Source: an uncultured Lentisphaeria bacterium
Lineage (GTDB): Bacteria; Verrucomicrobiota; Lentisphaeria; Victivallales; UBA1829
Length of the DNA stretch: 64,000 bases
Reading direction: 5' to 3'
Assembly (NCBI GenBank): GCA_905197955.1
Contig: CAJKAR010000013.1
Coordinates: 9,090-73,089, forward strand
Shown here: positions 36,017 through 45,879 of the stretch, piece by piece
Layout of the letters: each line of letters begins with the position of its first letter
How positions within the stretch are numbered: the first letter of the stretch is position 1
Notes under the pieces: generated by a model
What the model saw: the letters and a program-made list of their open reading frames with translations, nothing else
What the model was told of the DNA's origin: nothing
Database searches by the model: none
Translations under genes and position numbers: made by a program

Positions 36017-37060
36017 ATGAGTGAAGAAAACAATACGGTCAAACTGCCGGCGCCGGGGAGCCTCATTGTAAGTTCCTCTCCGCACCTGCATGAAAATTCA
36101 AGCATCTCGAAGATCATGCTTCAGGTTCTGCTGTGCCTTCTGCCGGCGGTGCTTGCGGCGATCTGGTTCTTCGGACTCCCCGCACTGAAGGTCATGGTCT
36201 ACTGCGTGGCATTCTGCATGCTGTTTGAATATCTCTGGTGCAGACTGATGAAACAGAAATCCACACTCCGTGACTACAGTGCGGCGGTGACAGGACTGAT
36301 TCTGGCTCTGAACATTTCAGCCCATTCGCAGTGGTGGCTCTGCATGGTCGGCTCGTTTGTGGCGATCATCATTGCCAAGCAGGTGTTCGGCGGACTCGGA
36401 CAGAATCCGTTCAATCCGGCGGCGGTGGGACGAGTCGCTCTGCTGGTCGGATTCACGGGCCCGATGACAACCCAGTGGGTCACTCCGACTCCCGGAGCGT
36501 TTGTCGGAGCCATTGATGCAACCACAACGGCAACCCCGCTGACCCTCGCCAAAGGCTGCGTCGGAAACGTCGACCAGATGGCGGCTCTGGAAACGGTGGA
36601 CCATTACTGGAACTATTTTCTCGGCAATATGGGGGGATCTCTTGGTGAGACCTCCGCGCTGGCGATTCTGATCGGCGCGGTCGGGCTGTTCGCCTTCCGC
36701 CTGATCAAGTGGGAAATCCCGGTGGCGATTCTCGGAACGATGGCAGTCTTCACCTGGATCGTCCATGTAACCTCCCCGGCGACAACGCCGGGACCGCTCT
36801 TCCACCTTCTCACCGGAGGAGCAATGATCGGCGCGTTCTTCATGGCGACCGATATGGTGACCTCGCCCATGACGCGGCGCGGATGCCTGCTCTTCGGCGC
36901 AGGAATCGGAATTATCACCTGCGTCATCCGCATCTGGGGCGGGTTCCCGGAAGGAATGAGTTTTGCGATCGTCATCATGAACGCCCTGGTGCCGCTGATC
37001 GACCGCTTCTGTTTCAAACGTCCGTTCGGATGGACACACGCTTCCGGAGGTGCAAGATGA
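36017..37060 (+). CDS. rnfD: Rnf complex subunit D
   Basis: SSPHLH.. start, polytopic, and the FMN-attachment region GAFFMATDMVTSP. Confidence 0.9.
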   Translation: MSEENNTVKLPAPGSLIVSSSPHLHENSSISKIMLQVLLCLLPAVLAAIWFFGLPALKVMVYCVAFCMLFEYLWCRLMKQKSTLRDYSAAVTGLILALNISAHSQWWLCMVGSFVAIIIAKQVFGGLGQNPFNPAAVGRVALLVGFTGPMTTQWVTPTPGAFVGAIDATTTATPLTLAKGCVGNVDQMAALETVDHYWNYFLGNMGGSLGETSALAILIGAVGLFAFRLIKWEIPVAILGTMAVFTWIVHVTSPATTPGPLFHLLTGGAMIGAFFMATDMVTSPMTRRGCLLFGAGIGIITCVIRIWGGFPEGMSFAIVIMNALVPLIDRFCFKRPFGWTHASGGAR

Positions 37061-37734
37061 GTGCTCCGAAAAAAATCAGTATTGTATATCTGGCCTTTTT
37101 TCTCTGCGTGATCTGCGCGGTTGCAACCGCGGCGCTCGCGTTTGTCGCCAATACGACGGCGGCGCCGATCGCCAAAGCAAAAGAGGCGAAAGTCTTCAAC
37201 GGGCTGAAAACGGTTCTTCCCGCTTTCGACAACGACCTCGTGAAAACTAAAAAGACCTACAAGAGCGCCAACGGTGCCAATGTCGATATCTACACCGCAA
37301 AGAAAAACGGCAAGGTGGTCGGCTACGCGGCACAGGCGTTCGTCACAACCGGATACGGAGGAAGAGTCGAAGGACTCATCGGACTCTCTCCCGAAGGGAA
37401 AATCACAAACTACATCATCTCCTCGCACAGTGAAACGCCGGGACTCGGAACCCGCGTCACCGATCGCAAGGAGACTAAAACCATCTTCAATCTCGGCAGA
37501 AAAAAGGATGACTCCAAACTGCCGCCGAATGCTATTCTCGACCAGTATGTCGGCCACTCTCTCGCCAAAGGCGATTCCTGGAAGGCTCGTCCGTGGGCTC
37601 TGAAAAAGAACGGCGGCGAAGCGGAACACATCACCGGCGCAACGATCAGTTCGAACGCCGCCTGCGGCATCGCCTGGGAGGCAGTCTCCGCATTCGACAA
37701 AAACAAAGCTGAAATTCTGAAGGGAGGGAAATAA
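37057..37734 (+). CDS. rnfG: Rnf complex subunit G
   Basis: A single N-terminal TM segment and the FMN-binding motif SHSETPGLG. Its ATGA overlaps rnfD. The ORF-track start at 36709 is rejected. Confidence 0.9.
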   Translation: MSAPKKISIVYLAFFLCVICAVATAALAFVANTTAAPIAKAKEAKVFNGLKTVLPAFDNDLVKTKKTYKSANGANVDIYTAKKNGKVVGYAAQAFVTTGYGGRVEGLIGLSPEGKITNYIISSHSETPGLGTRVTDRKETKTIFNLGRKKDDSKLPPNAILDQYVGHSLAKGDSWKARPWALKKNGGEAEHITGATISSNAACGIAWEAVSAFDKNKAEILKGGK

Positions 37735-37736
37735 CC

Positions 37737-38408
37737 ATGTGGAAGGATTTCATCAACGGCATCTGGAAGGAGAACCCCGTTCTGGTTCTCATGCTCGGAA
37801 TGTGCCCGACATTGGCAACCACATCCAACGCGCCGAATGCGCTCGGAATGGGACTCGCCACAACGTTTGTGCTGGCATGCAGCAACGTCGTAATTTCGGC
37901 GATCCGCAGCATCGTCCCGGCCAAGATCCGTATTCCCTGCTACATCGTGGTCATCGCCACGTTCGTGACGATTGTCGATCTGCTGATGCAGGCGTATGCA
38001 CCGTCGTCGATCTATGATGCGCTCGGAATCTTCATTCCGCTGATCGTGGTCAACTGCATCGTGCTCGGCCGCGCGGAAGCGTTCGCATCGAAGCACGGAA
38101 TCTTCCGCTCCCTGCTCGACGGACTCGGCATGGGCTGTGGATTCACGCTGGCGCTGGTGATGCTCGGACTCGCCCGCGAGTTCTGCACCGGAGGAACCCT
38201 CTTCCAGATCAAGGTCATCACTCCGTGGACTGTTGATTTCAACCTGATGAGCATGGCTCCGGGCGGATTCATCATGCTCGGCATGTTCCTCGCGGGAATG
38301 AACATCTACAACAAGCGCAAGGCCGAAAAAGAAGGCCGAAAATGCGATCCCCCGATGGATATGGATTGCAGACACTGCAACATCTGTACCATCGAACGCG
38401 AAAAATAA
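37737..38408 (+). CDS. rnfE: Rnf complex subunit E, with an unusual Cys4 C-terminal tail
   Basis: NGIWKENPVLVLMLGMCPTLATTS.. is the family N-terminus. The tail is ..KCDPPMDMDCRHCNICTIEREK. Confidence 0.9.
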   Translation: MWKDFINGIWKENPVLVLMLGMCPTLATTSNAPNALGMGLATTFVLACSNVVISAIRSIVPAKIRIPCYIVVIATFVTIVDLLMQAYAPSSIYDALGIFIPLIVVNCIVLGRAEAFASKHGIFRSLLDGLGMGCGFTLALVMLGLAREFCTGGTLFQIKVITPWTVDFNLMSMAPGGFIMLGMFLAGMNIYNKRKAEKEGRKCDPPMDMDCRHCNICTIEREK

Positions 38409-38414
38409 GCGTAC

Positions 38415-38449
38415 AGGACCGGGCAGGAAAGCCCGGTCCTTTTCTTTCT
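38415..38449 (+). terminator. Rho-independent terminator after the rnf operon
   Basis: aggaccgggc aggaaa gcccggtcct, followed by tttctttct. Confidence 0.8.
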
Positions 38450-38465
38450 CAGGAGGATCTGCCCG

Positions 38466-40364
38466 ATGAAAAAGTGTTTCCGTTTTCTGTTGCTGATTCC
38501 GCTGGCGGCGATGCTGTCGGGATGTTTTTATGCACGCGAAATCGGGATCTCCGAAGCGTCGGAATCGGAGGCGAGAGAATACTACGGCATCTCGGGTTCC
38601 ACCTCGGAAGGGCTCTCCTTCGAATCGCGAAACTATCTGCAGAGCAATCTGCTGATGCCGCTCTGCCGGACCAGTCCGGATGAACTGATCCGGCTGCTCT
38701 CGGAAGAGTTCCAGAAAACAGGAAACCGGGAGATCCTCGGTACAAAGGCCGATGTCTGCTACAACTGCGCCGTCGAAACCGATGACCCCGACTCCGCAAA
38801 CCGCTATTATCTTGCCGCCGCATACGCCTATTACACTCTCCTGTTCGACCGGAATTTCCGGAAGGCGGAAGAATCCGGACGTTTCGATCCGCTCGTGATC
38901 CGCGCGGCCATCCGCTACAATGCTGCCACCGGACAGATCTTCAAATATCTGAAATCACGGGGTCTGCTGGAAAAAAAGGCCTTTCATCTGCCGTCCGCCG
39001 ACGGGGACACCATCTCGTTCCCGGCCTTTCCTGTCTCCGAACTGCCAAAGCTCAGGGACGGATATGAGGATTTTCTTCTCTGTTCCGATTTCAAGACGGA
39101 AAAACTGACTCATTTCTCGTACCGCTTCGGAATCGGTGCTCCTCTGATTGCCGTCACACGGGATGCCTCAGGCAGTGACAAAACACTCAAACTGGCAAAG
39201 GATCTGGCGCTTTCCGCCACCTGCGTCCTGCGCTTCCATACCGGAAAAAACGGAGAACGCACCGCAACCATCGAATTCCACGACACAGTAAAAAGCGATT
39301 CCCTGCGCATCCTCGGAGAACCGGTACCGCTGACTCAGGATTTCTCCACGCCGATCGCTTATTTCGTCAACCATCGCGACGACCTGAATCTGCTTACCTA
39401 CATGCTGAATCCCGATCACGACAGCTTCAGCGGACTTTATGCGATGTCGCCTTACGATCCGGACAAAATCCCCGTCATTTTCGTCCACGGCCTGATGTCG
39501 AGTCCGCAGACCTGGATTCAAATGATCAATACCCTCTCAAGCGATCCCGGAATCCGAAGCCATTATCAGTTCTGGTTTTACACCTACTCCAGCGGCAATC
39601 CGGTGCTTGTTTCCGCGGAGAAAATGCGCGAGGCGGTCGATGCCGTCTGGAAACAGTACGGACGGAACAGGAATTTCAATCGGATGGTCATCGTCGGTCA
39701 CAGCATGGGCGGACTGCTGGCAAAGACCTTCGCTCTCGATTCGGGAGATGCTCTCCTGACAAAGCTGATCGGACGGGAGTGGAGCGAAGTCAAACAGGGA
39801 CTGCGGCCGGAAGAAATTCAGCAGATGGAAAAACTTGCCGTCTTTCATCAGCGGGAATATGTCTCGCGAATCGTCTTCATGGCGGTTCCCCACAAGGGGT
39901 CGGAAATGGCCGACTGGAGCATCGCCCGCTGGGGAGCTTCCCTGATTTCACTACCAGTCAAAATGGTCCGGAACGCCGCCGCCCTTGCCGCTAAACTGAT
40001 CCCGGGCGGAAATGCAGAGGAAATCACAAAGAAACATCTCCAGACCGGAATCGACAATCTCAGTCCGGATAATCCCGTGATGAAAGGTCTCGCCGAAATG
40101 CCGCTCTCCAAACGGATCGTCTACCATTCCATCATCGGCAACAATCGGAAAGCCGGAGTACCGGGCGGAACCGACGGCGTCGTGAAATACGAAAGCTCTC
40201 ATCTCGATCAGGCCGAAAGCGAACGGATCGTCAAAAGCGGACACAGCGTCCAGACCAATCCGGAAACCATCCGCGAACTCGTCCGCATCCTGAATGAACA
40301 TCTTGCGCAAAAAACGCCCTCCTCTCCGGATTCCGCCGCAAGCCGGCACACTTCCGAGAACTGA
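38466..40364 (+). CDS. Lipoprotein, alpha/beta-hydrolase (lipase/esterase-like)
   Basis: Lipobox LAAMLSGC, VIFVHGLMSSPQTW, and the nucleophile elbow VGHSMGG. Confidence 0.75.
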   Translation: MKKCFRFLLLIPLAAMLSGCFYAREIGISEASESEAREYYGISGSTSEGLSFESRNYLQSNLLMPLCRTSPDELIRLLSEEFQKTGNREILGTKADVCYNCAVETDDPDSANRYYLAAAYAYYTLLFDRNFRKAEESGRFDPLVIRAAIRYNAATGQIFKYLKSRGLLEKKAFHLPSADGDTISFPAFPVSELPKLRDGYEDFLLCSDFKTEKLTHFSYRFGIGAPLIAVTRDASGSDKTLKLAKDLALSATCVLRFHTGKNGERTATIEFHDTVKSDSLRILGEPVPLTQDFSTPIAYFVNHRDDLNLLTYMLNPDHDSFSGLYAMSPYDPDKIPVIFVHGLMSSPQTWIQMINTLSSDPGIRSHYQFWFYTYSSGNPVLVSAEKMREAVDAVWKQYGRNRNFNRMVIVGHSMGGLLAKTFALDSGDALLTKLIGREWSEVKQGLRPEEIQQMEKLAVFHQREYVSRIVFMAVPHKGSEMADWSIARWGASLISLPVKMVRNAAALAAKLIPGGNAEEITKKHLQTGIDNLSPDNPVMKGLAEMPLSKRIVYHSIIGNNRKAGVPGGTDGVVKYESSHLDQAESERIVKSGHSVQTNPETIRELVRILNEHLAQKTPSSPDSAASRHTSEN

Positions 40365-40466
40365 GCGGGAGATTTTAACGATTTTTCTTGATTTTTCCGT
40401 TTTCCGGAGTACTTTTATAGTGGTACTGATTTGGAATCACCAATAAAATACGAAGGATCATCAATT

Positions 40467-42467
40467 ATGTATAAACTCCGTTTTCGACAGGTTCACCTTG
40501 ACTTCCATACCTCTCCGGATATTCCCGAGATCGGTGTCAAATTCGACAAGAAGCAGTGGCAGGACCGCCTGAAAAAAGCACATGTCAATTCCATCACCTG
40601 CTTCTCTTCCTGTCACCACGGAATGAGCTATCATCCGACCAAGGTCGGCATGATGCACCCCAATCTCAAATTCAATCTGCTTCGCGCCCAGATGGACGCA
40701 AGCAAGGAGATCAATGTCAACGTTCCGGTCTACATGACCGCCGGAGTCAACAACTACGCAGCCGCAATTCATCCCGAATGGCGCGAAATCAACAGCGACG
40801 GCACCTATGCAGGATGGGTGAAGAGCCCTCTCAAACCCGGTTTCATGAAGATGTGCTTCAATACGCCGTACCTGGATTATCTCTGCGACATGATCCGGGA
40901 GACGGTCTCCATGTTCCCGGAAGCCAACGGAATCTTCCTTGACATCATCTCGCAGGGTCCCTGCTGCTGTCCGTGGTGCCTCAAAAGCATGTACCGCGAA
41001 GGATTTGATCCTCAGCTGGAAGCCGATCGCATCGCACATGCACGTAAAGTCCTGCTGAACTACTACAAACGAACCTTCGAAGCGGTTCGCAGCGTCGATC
41101 CGAAAATGCCGATCTTCCATAACAGCGGAGACATCCGCATCGGAGATCACGAGATTCTCCCCTACTTCAGCCATCTGGAACTCGAATCCCTCCCGACCGG
41201 AGGCTGGGGATACGATCATTACCCGATGTCCGCAGCCTACAGCCGAAATCTCGGACTCGATTTCCTCGGCATGACCGGAAAATTCCACAAAACCTGGGGC
41301 GAATTCGGCGGATTCAAACATCCCAACGCTCTCCGCTATGAGTGCGCGGCGATGATTGCAAACAATTCCAAATGCAGCGTCGGAGATCAGCTGCATCCTT
41401 CCGGGGAACTCGATGAGAGCACCTATGAAATCATCGGAGAAGCCTACTCGCATGTCGAGCAGTGCGAACCCTGGTGCACAGATGCGGAAAGCGCCGCGGA
41501 AATCGCCGTGGTCGCAGATGAAAATACCGAGCACAAACAGAACAGCAATGTCGGGGCATCCCGTCTTCTGCTGGAACTCCATCTGCCGTTTGATTTCGTC
41601 GACTCCGGAATGGAATTCGGCAAATACAAATGCCTCGTCGTGGCGGATGAGACGGAACTCACAGAAACGCTTCAGCTGAAACTGAAAATGTTCCTTTCCA
41701 ACGGCGGAAAAGTCGTTTTCGCCGGCGACAGTCTCTTCGACAAGGAAACTGGAAAACCGGTCTTCGACATCGGTGCGGAATTCGGCGCGCGTTCTCCCTT
41801 CTGTCCCGATTTCGTCAAATGCGCGGACGATATGGTCTCATTCGTCAAAACGCCGTTTGTCATGCGGATGCCCTCGCGCAGAATGAAAGTCACAACCGGG
41901 CACTCCCTCGGAAAAGTCTACGATCCGTATTTCAACCGTGACGTCCGCCATTTCTGCTCGCATCAGTACACCCCGTATGAGACAACGCCATCCGGATATG
42001 ATGCCGCAGTCATCAGCGGAAACATTCTGTACTTTGCTCATCCGGTCTTCTCGCTCTACCGCGCAACCGGTGCAGTTGTGCTTCAGAAATATGTCGAAAA
42101 GGCTCTGGAACTCTTCCTCGGAGACAGCAGACAGGTCATCTCGGAAAACTTCCCCTCAACCGGACGTGTCACCCTCATGCATCAGCCTGCGGAAAAACGC
42201 CATATCCTGCATGTCCTCTACGCGAACACCATTCTCCGAGGCGGTGACCAGGAACTCATCAACTTCCAGCACGATGCTACACCGACGGAAGTCATCGAAG
42301 AGCTCCTCCCGCTTCGCAATGTTTCGTTCACCGTCCGCGTGCCGGGACCGGTGACTTCCGTCACCCGCGAACCGGAAGGAACACCCATCCCGTTCGAATA
42401 TCAGGATGGAAAACTCCGCTTCTCCATCGACGAATTCACCTGCCACACCATGGTCGTGATTCGCTGA
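40467..42467 (+). CDS. Putative glycoside hydrolase (GHL6/GH42-like TIM barrel plus beta-galactosidase-trimerisation-like domain)
   Basis: N-terminal LRFRQVHLDFHTSPDI.., as I recall for the GHL6 family. The mid-region KCLVVADETELTETLQLKLKMFLSNGGKVVFAG resembles the GATase-like middle domain of GH42 enzymes. The family assignment is from memory, not a search. Confidence 0.55.
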   Translation: MYKLRFRQVHLDFHTSPDIPEIGVKFDKKQWQDRLKKAHVNSITCFSSCHHGMSYHPTKVGMMHPNLKFNLLRAQMDASKEINVNVPVYMTAGVNNYAAAIHPEWREINSDGTYAGWVKSPLKPGFMKMCFNTPYLDYLCDMIRETVSMFPEANGIFLDIISQGPCCCPWCLKSMYREGFDPQLEADRIAHARKVLLNYYKRTFEAVRSVDPKMPIFHNSGDIRIGDHEILPYFSHLELESLPTGGWGYDHYPMSAAYSRNLGLDFLGMTGKFHKTWGEFGGFKHPNALRYECAAMIANNSKCSVGDQLHPSGELDESTYEIIGEAYSHVEQCEPWCTDAESAAEIAVVADENTEHKQNSNVGASRLLLELHLPFDFVDSGMEFGKYKCLVVADETELTETLQLKLKMFLSNGGKVVFAGDSLFDKETGKPVFDIGAEFGARSPFCPDFVKCADDMVSFVKTPFVMRMPSRRMKVTTGHSLGKVYDPYFNRDVRHFCSHQYTPYETTPSGYDAAVISGNILYFAHPVFSLYRATGAVVLQKYVEKALELFLGDSRQVISENFPSTGRVTLMHQPAEKRHILHVLYANTILRGGDQELINFQHDATPTEVIEELLPLRNVSFTVRVPGPVTSVTREPEGTPIPFEYQDGKLRFSIDEFTCHTMVVIR

Positions 42468-42524
42468 CCGGTACACAGCCAGGGGATAATTTAATCTCCC
42501 CTGATTCCAAATTCCGGCAAAACG

Positions 42525-42570
42525 GCTCTCTGATTCCGCTGACAACGTGGAGTCAGAGAGCTTTTCTTTC
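42525..42570 (+). terminator. Rho-independent terminator
   Basis: gctctctgattcc...ggagtcagagagc (13 bp, 1 mismatch), followed by ttttctttc. Confidence 0.6.
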
Positions 42571-42875
42571 CATTGTCACCGACTTCTCTCGTACCGTCTT
42601 CTCCGAATCCCCGTTTTTCCCGCAAAGAGAAGCGGAGCAGGAAAAAATTTACCCGGAAAAAGAATCGTTCTTCACAACAACACTCTTCTCCAGCAAAAAT
42701 GAATTTGCCTCAGCATTCCGATCCGGAGAAAAACGCCGTCAGGAAAAACTTTACTGATCCGCAGGAGCGCAGCATGAAATCCTTCCGGAAAAATTTTGCA
42801 AAGACGGAATTGAAAAATATCGGGTATGCGCGTATCTTAAAAGAACATTTTCCAACAGGAGTGAGAGGTGCGAGT

Positions 42876-44423
42876 ATGGCGAGTGGCGAATACAGATGGC
42901 GCGGCGGATTCTGTCTTGAAGTAAAGCCGGTTCCGAATACGATCGTGATCTTCGGGGCATCCGGAGACCTCGCATGCAGGAAACTGATTCCGGCGCTGTT
43001 CCATCTCTGGAAACGCGGACTGCTGCATGAGAAATCCCGGATTGTCGGCTGTGCACGGACCTCGATGGACGACAACGCCTACCACACCCTGATCCGGAAA
43101 TGGATCGGAGATTCCGACGGAGAACTGGAAGAGTTTCTTTCCCGTCTCAGCTACCTGCACGGAGACTATGGCGATCCGGAATTCTACCGGAGACTTTCCG
43201 GCAAACTCGATGAAGTGGAAAAAGAGGCCGATGCCGATCCCGCCATCACAGGACGCATTTTCTACCTTTCCATGCCGTCCGCCCTGTATGAAACCATCGT
43301 GGACCACCTTGGAGAATCGGGTCTGACCAGAGAGGATCCCTCCGGCGTACCGTGGCGGCACGTCATCCTGGAAAAACCGTTCGGACGCGATCTCGACAGC
43401 GCCCGGGAACTGGACAATCATCTGCACCGGACTCTTCAGGAACACCAGATCTACCGCATCGACCACTATCTGGGCAAGGAAACGGTTCAGAATATTCTGG
43501 TGCTCCGGTTCGCAAACACGATCTTTGAACCGGTCTGGAACGCAAATTACATCGACAATATTCAGATCACCGTTGCGGAAACGGTCGGAGTGGAACACCG
43601 AGCCGGCTACTTCGACTCCGCCGGACTCCTCCGCGATATGTTCCAGAACCATATTCTCGAAATGCTTTCCCTGGTGGCAATGGAAATCCCAAGCTCTTCC
43701 GCCGCAGACAGCATCCGCGATGAAAAACTCAAACTGCTGAAAAGCATCCGTCCGTTCGAACGGAAAACTCTTGCAGAATCCATCATCCGCGGACAGTACA
43801 CAGCTGGAACCGTCAACGGAACCCCGTGCCCCGGCTATCGGGAAGAACCCGGCATCTCACCGGATTCCCGCACGGAAACCTTTGTCGCCATGCGTCTTTT
43901 CATCGACAACTGGCGCTGGCGCGGCGTTCCATTCTATCTGCGCAGTGGAAAACGCATGCCGCGGAAGACTAGCAATATTGTCATCAACTTCAAGCCGGTC
44001 CCACATTCCATCTTCTCGCCGCTCAAAGCGGAGGATCTGACTCCGAACCAGCTGATCCTCAACGTTCAGCCGCAGGAAGGACTGGCTCTCACCATTCAGG
44101 CAAAACAGCCGGGACCAAAACTCTGCATGGGAGCTCTGAGCATGGACTTCAAATACGCAAGCATTCTGGAGGACGGATCCGGTATGCCGGACGCCTATGA
44201 ACGGCTGCTTCTCGACTGCATGCTCGGTGATCAGACCCTCTTCATCCGCAACGATACCATCGAATATGCCTGGTCCCTCCTGACCCCGATTCTCCGCGAA
44301 TGGGAGGAAAATACCGGAAACGCAGGACCGATTCATCCCTATGCCGCGGGAACGTGGGGCCCCAAAGCTGCGGAAGACCTCACCGCCCGCGACAATGTCT
44401 TCTGGCGCAATGAAACAAATTGA
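42876..44423 (+). CDS. zwf: Glucose-6-phosphate 1-dehydrogenase
   Basis: IVIFGASGDLACRKLIPALF, RIDHYLGKETVQNILVLRFAN and EKP motifs. The ATG at 42876 follows ggagtgagagg. The 100-aa ORF-track extension is low-complexity and rejected. Confidence 0.9.
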   Translation: MASGEYRWRGGFCLEVKPVPNTIVIFGASGDLACRKLIPALFHLWKRGLLHEKSRIVGCARTSMDDNAYHTLIRKWIGDSDGELEEFLSRLSYLHGDYGDPEFYRRLSGKLDEVEKEADADPAITGRIFYLSMPSALYETIVDHLGESGLTREDPSGVPWRHVILEKPFGRDLDSARELDNHLHRTLQEHQIYRIDHYLGKETVQNILVLRFANTIFEPVWNANYIDNIQITVAETVGVEHRAGYFDSAGLLRDMFQNHILEMLSLVAMEIPSSSAADSIRDEKLKLLKSIRPFERKTLAESIIRGQYTAGTVNGTPCPGYREEPGISPDSRTETFVAMRLFIDNWRWRGVPFYLRSGKRMPRKTSNIVINFKPVPHSIFSPLKAEDLTPNQLILNVQPQEGLALTIQAKQPGPKLCMGALSMDFKYASILEDGSGMPDAYERLLLDCMLGDQTLFIRNDTIEYAWSLLTPILREWEENTGNAGPIHPYAAGTWGPKAAEDLTARDNVFWRNETN

Positions 44424-45879
44424 CCGGAACAATATGCTGAAATGGAAAAGATGGATTCCCGCGGCATCGGCGGTGATCCTTCTTCTTTCCGCGATCCCGT
44501 TTCTCGGACGGCTTCCATGGTTCGATGAAGTGCTTACCATCGGCTGGCTCCGGTTCGATCTCAGCCGGATCCCGTTCCTTTACAATATCCCGAACAATCA
44601 TATCGTTTATACCATGCTGCTCTGGATCTGGAGCGAAGGGTTTGCCGCATTCGGGAACGATACACTTCCTGTGTTGCGCAGTCTCTCCCTGATCGGCGGA
44701 TGCGGTGCGCTTTTCCTGATCAGCCGTTATCTGCTCGCGCACTGCGGACTTCTCGCCGGACTCTGCTGTTCCTTTCTGCTGGCGGTCTCCGGGACGATGA
44801 GTCTTTTTTCCACGGCTCTCCGGGGATACGCGTTTGCGCTGCTCTTCTGCTTTGCAGCATTTCTGGCGGCCGGACGATGGAGCAAACGACGGATCCTGGA
44901 TTGGAACGGGCTCCTCTATTTTCTCTTCTGCTATCTCGCAGTGGGAGTCATGCCGACGGATCTGTTTGCTCTGGAAGCCGGAGTTCTCTTTTTCCTGCCC
45001 CTGCTCTTCCGCTCGCGGAAGGATCTGCTTCATCTGCTTCTCCTTGCGGCGATTCCAGTCGCAGCCCTGCTGCTGTTCTACGCTCATATTTTTGATAAGC
45101 TGCTGAAGGCTTCCCAACTTCGCGAAGGGTGGTTTTCATGGACAGACACCTATTGGAATCTCTATGGAACGTGGTGTTTCCTCTTCCTGCCGGTTCTGTG
45201 TTTTTCCCTCCGGGGAGCGGTGATTCTGTGGAGAAAGCACCGGAATCTCCGATTGCGGCTGCTCTGTTTTCTGGGGATTTTTCTTATGCCGCTTCTGCTG
45301 GGGATCGCGGCTCAGGTACCGCCGTTTCCAAGAGTGTTTTTCCCGTTTTTCGGGATCTGGAGTGTCATTCTCGGAATCTGCCTGATCCCGCTGGGCCGCA
45401 TGAAGAAGCCGTGTCTGCATGCGATTCTGCTGCTGATTTCACTGTTGTGGATCGTTCTGGCGGCGAGCATTACACCGGAGGTTTCGCAAAGGATGTTCGG
45501 AGCGCATCGTTTTGATGATCTGCTGCATTCCTATCCGGTCTCCGGAGAATTCCGTCCGGACAAAACAGCAGAGGCGATCCGGAAAATCATCGGAGAACGT
45601 TCCGTATTTATTGATTTTGATGCGGATCCGCCTTCCCTTTCCATGGTTCTGGTGGCGGGGGAATTTCCAGAGGACCGGATTTTGTACGACAGGCCGGATT
45701 TCGGCCGGGTGATCCGTCTGGAGCCTTCGGACCTGATTGTCTGCGGAGATGAAAACGCGCTGGAACGGCTCCGGGAACGCTTCTCCCTGAAAGGAGAATA
45801 TGTGCTTGTTTTTGACAAGGCTATGCAGAAAATCTATCAGCGGAAAGATGAGGCTGATGGGAAAGGAATGACCCCATGA
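44410..45879 (+). CDS. Polytopic membrane protein, GT-C (ArnT/PMT-like) glycosyltransferase candidate
   Basis: About 11 hydrophobic segments. It has an early loop Asp-Glu (LPWFDEVLT), as in GT-C enzymes, and a soluble C-terminal domain of about 120 aa. It overlaps zwf by 14 nt and sbcC by ATGA. The alternative start is ATG 44434. Confidence 0.5.
   Translation: MKQIDRNNMLKWKRWIPAASAVILLLSAIPFLGRLPWFDEVLTIGWLRFDLSRIPFLYNIPNNHIVYTMLLWIWSEGFAAFGNDTLPVLRSLSLIGGCGALFLISRYLLAHCGLLAGLCCSFLLAVSGTMSLFSTALRGYAFALLFCFAAFLAAGRWSKRRILDWNGLLYFLFCYLAVGVMPTDLFALEAGVLFFLPLLFRSRKDLLHLLLLAAIPVAALLLFYAHIFDKLLKASQLREGWFSWTDTYWNLYGTWCFLFLPVLCFSLRGAVILWRKHRNLRLRLLCFLGIFLMPLLLGIAAQVPPFPRVFFPFFGIWSVILGICLIPLGRMKKPCLHAILLLISLLWIVLAASITPEVSQRMFGAHRFDDLLHSYPVSGEFRPDKTAEAIRKIIGERSVFIDFDADPPSLSMVLVAGEFPEDRILYDRPDFGRVIRLEPSDLIVCGDENALERLRERFSLKGEYVLVFDKAMQKIYQRKDEADGKGMTP

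Noticed and set aside
42573-42875. 100-aa N-terminal extension of zwf, and similar ORF-track extensions at 6489, 26551, 31626, 34355, 36709, 40431, 44341 and 49339
   Set aside because: The extensions start at TTG/GTG or overlap the upstream gene, and they lack similarity to the family N-termini. Internal ATGs with good Shine-Dalgarno sequences coincide with the conserved protein starts.
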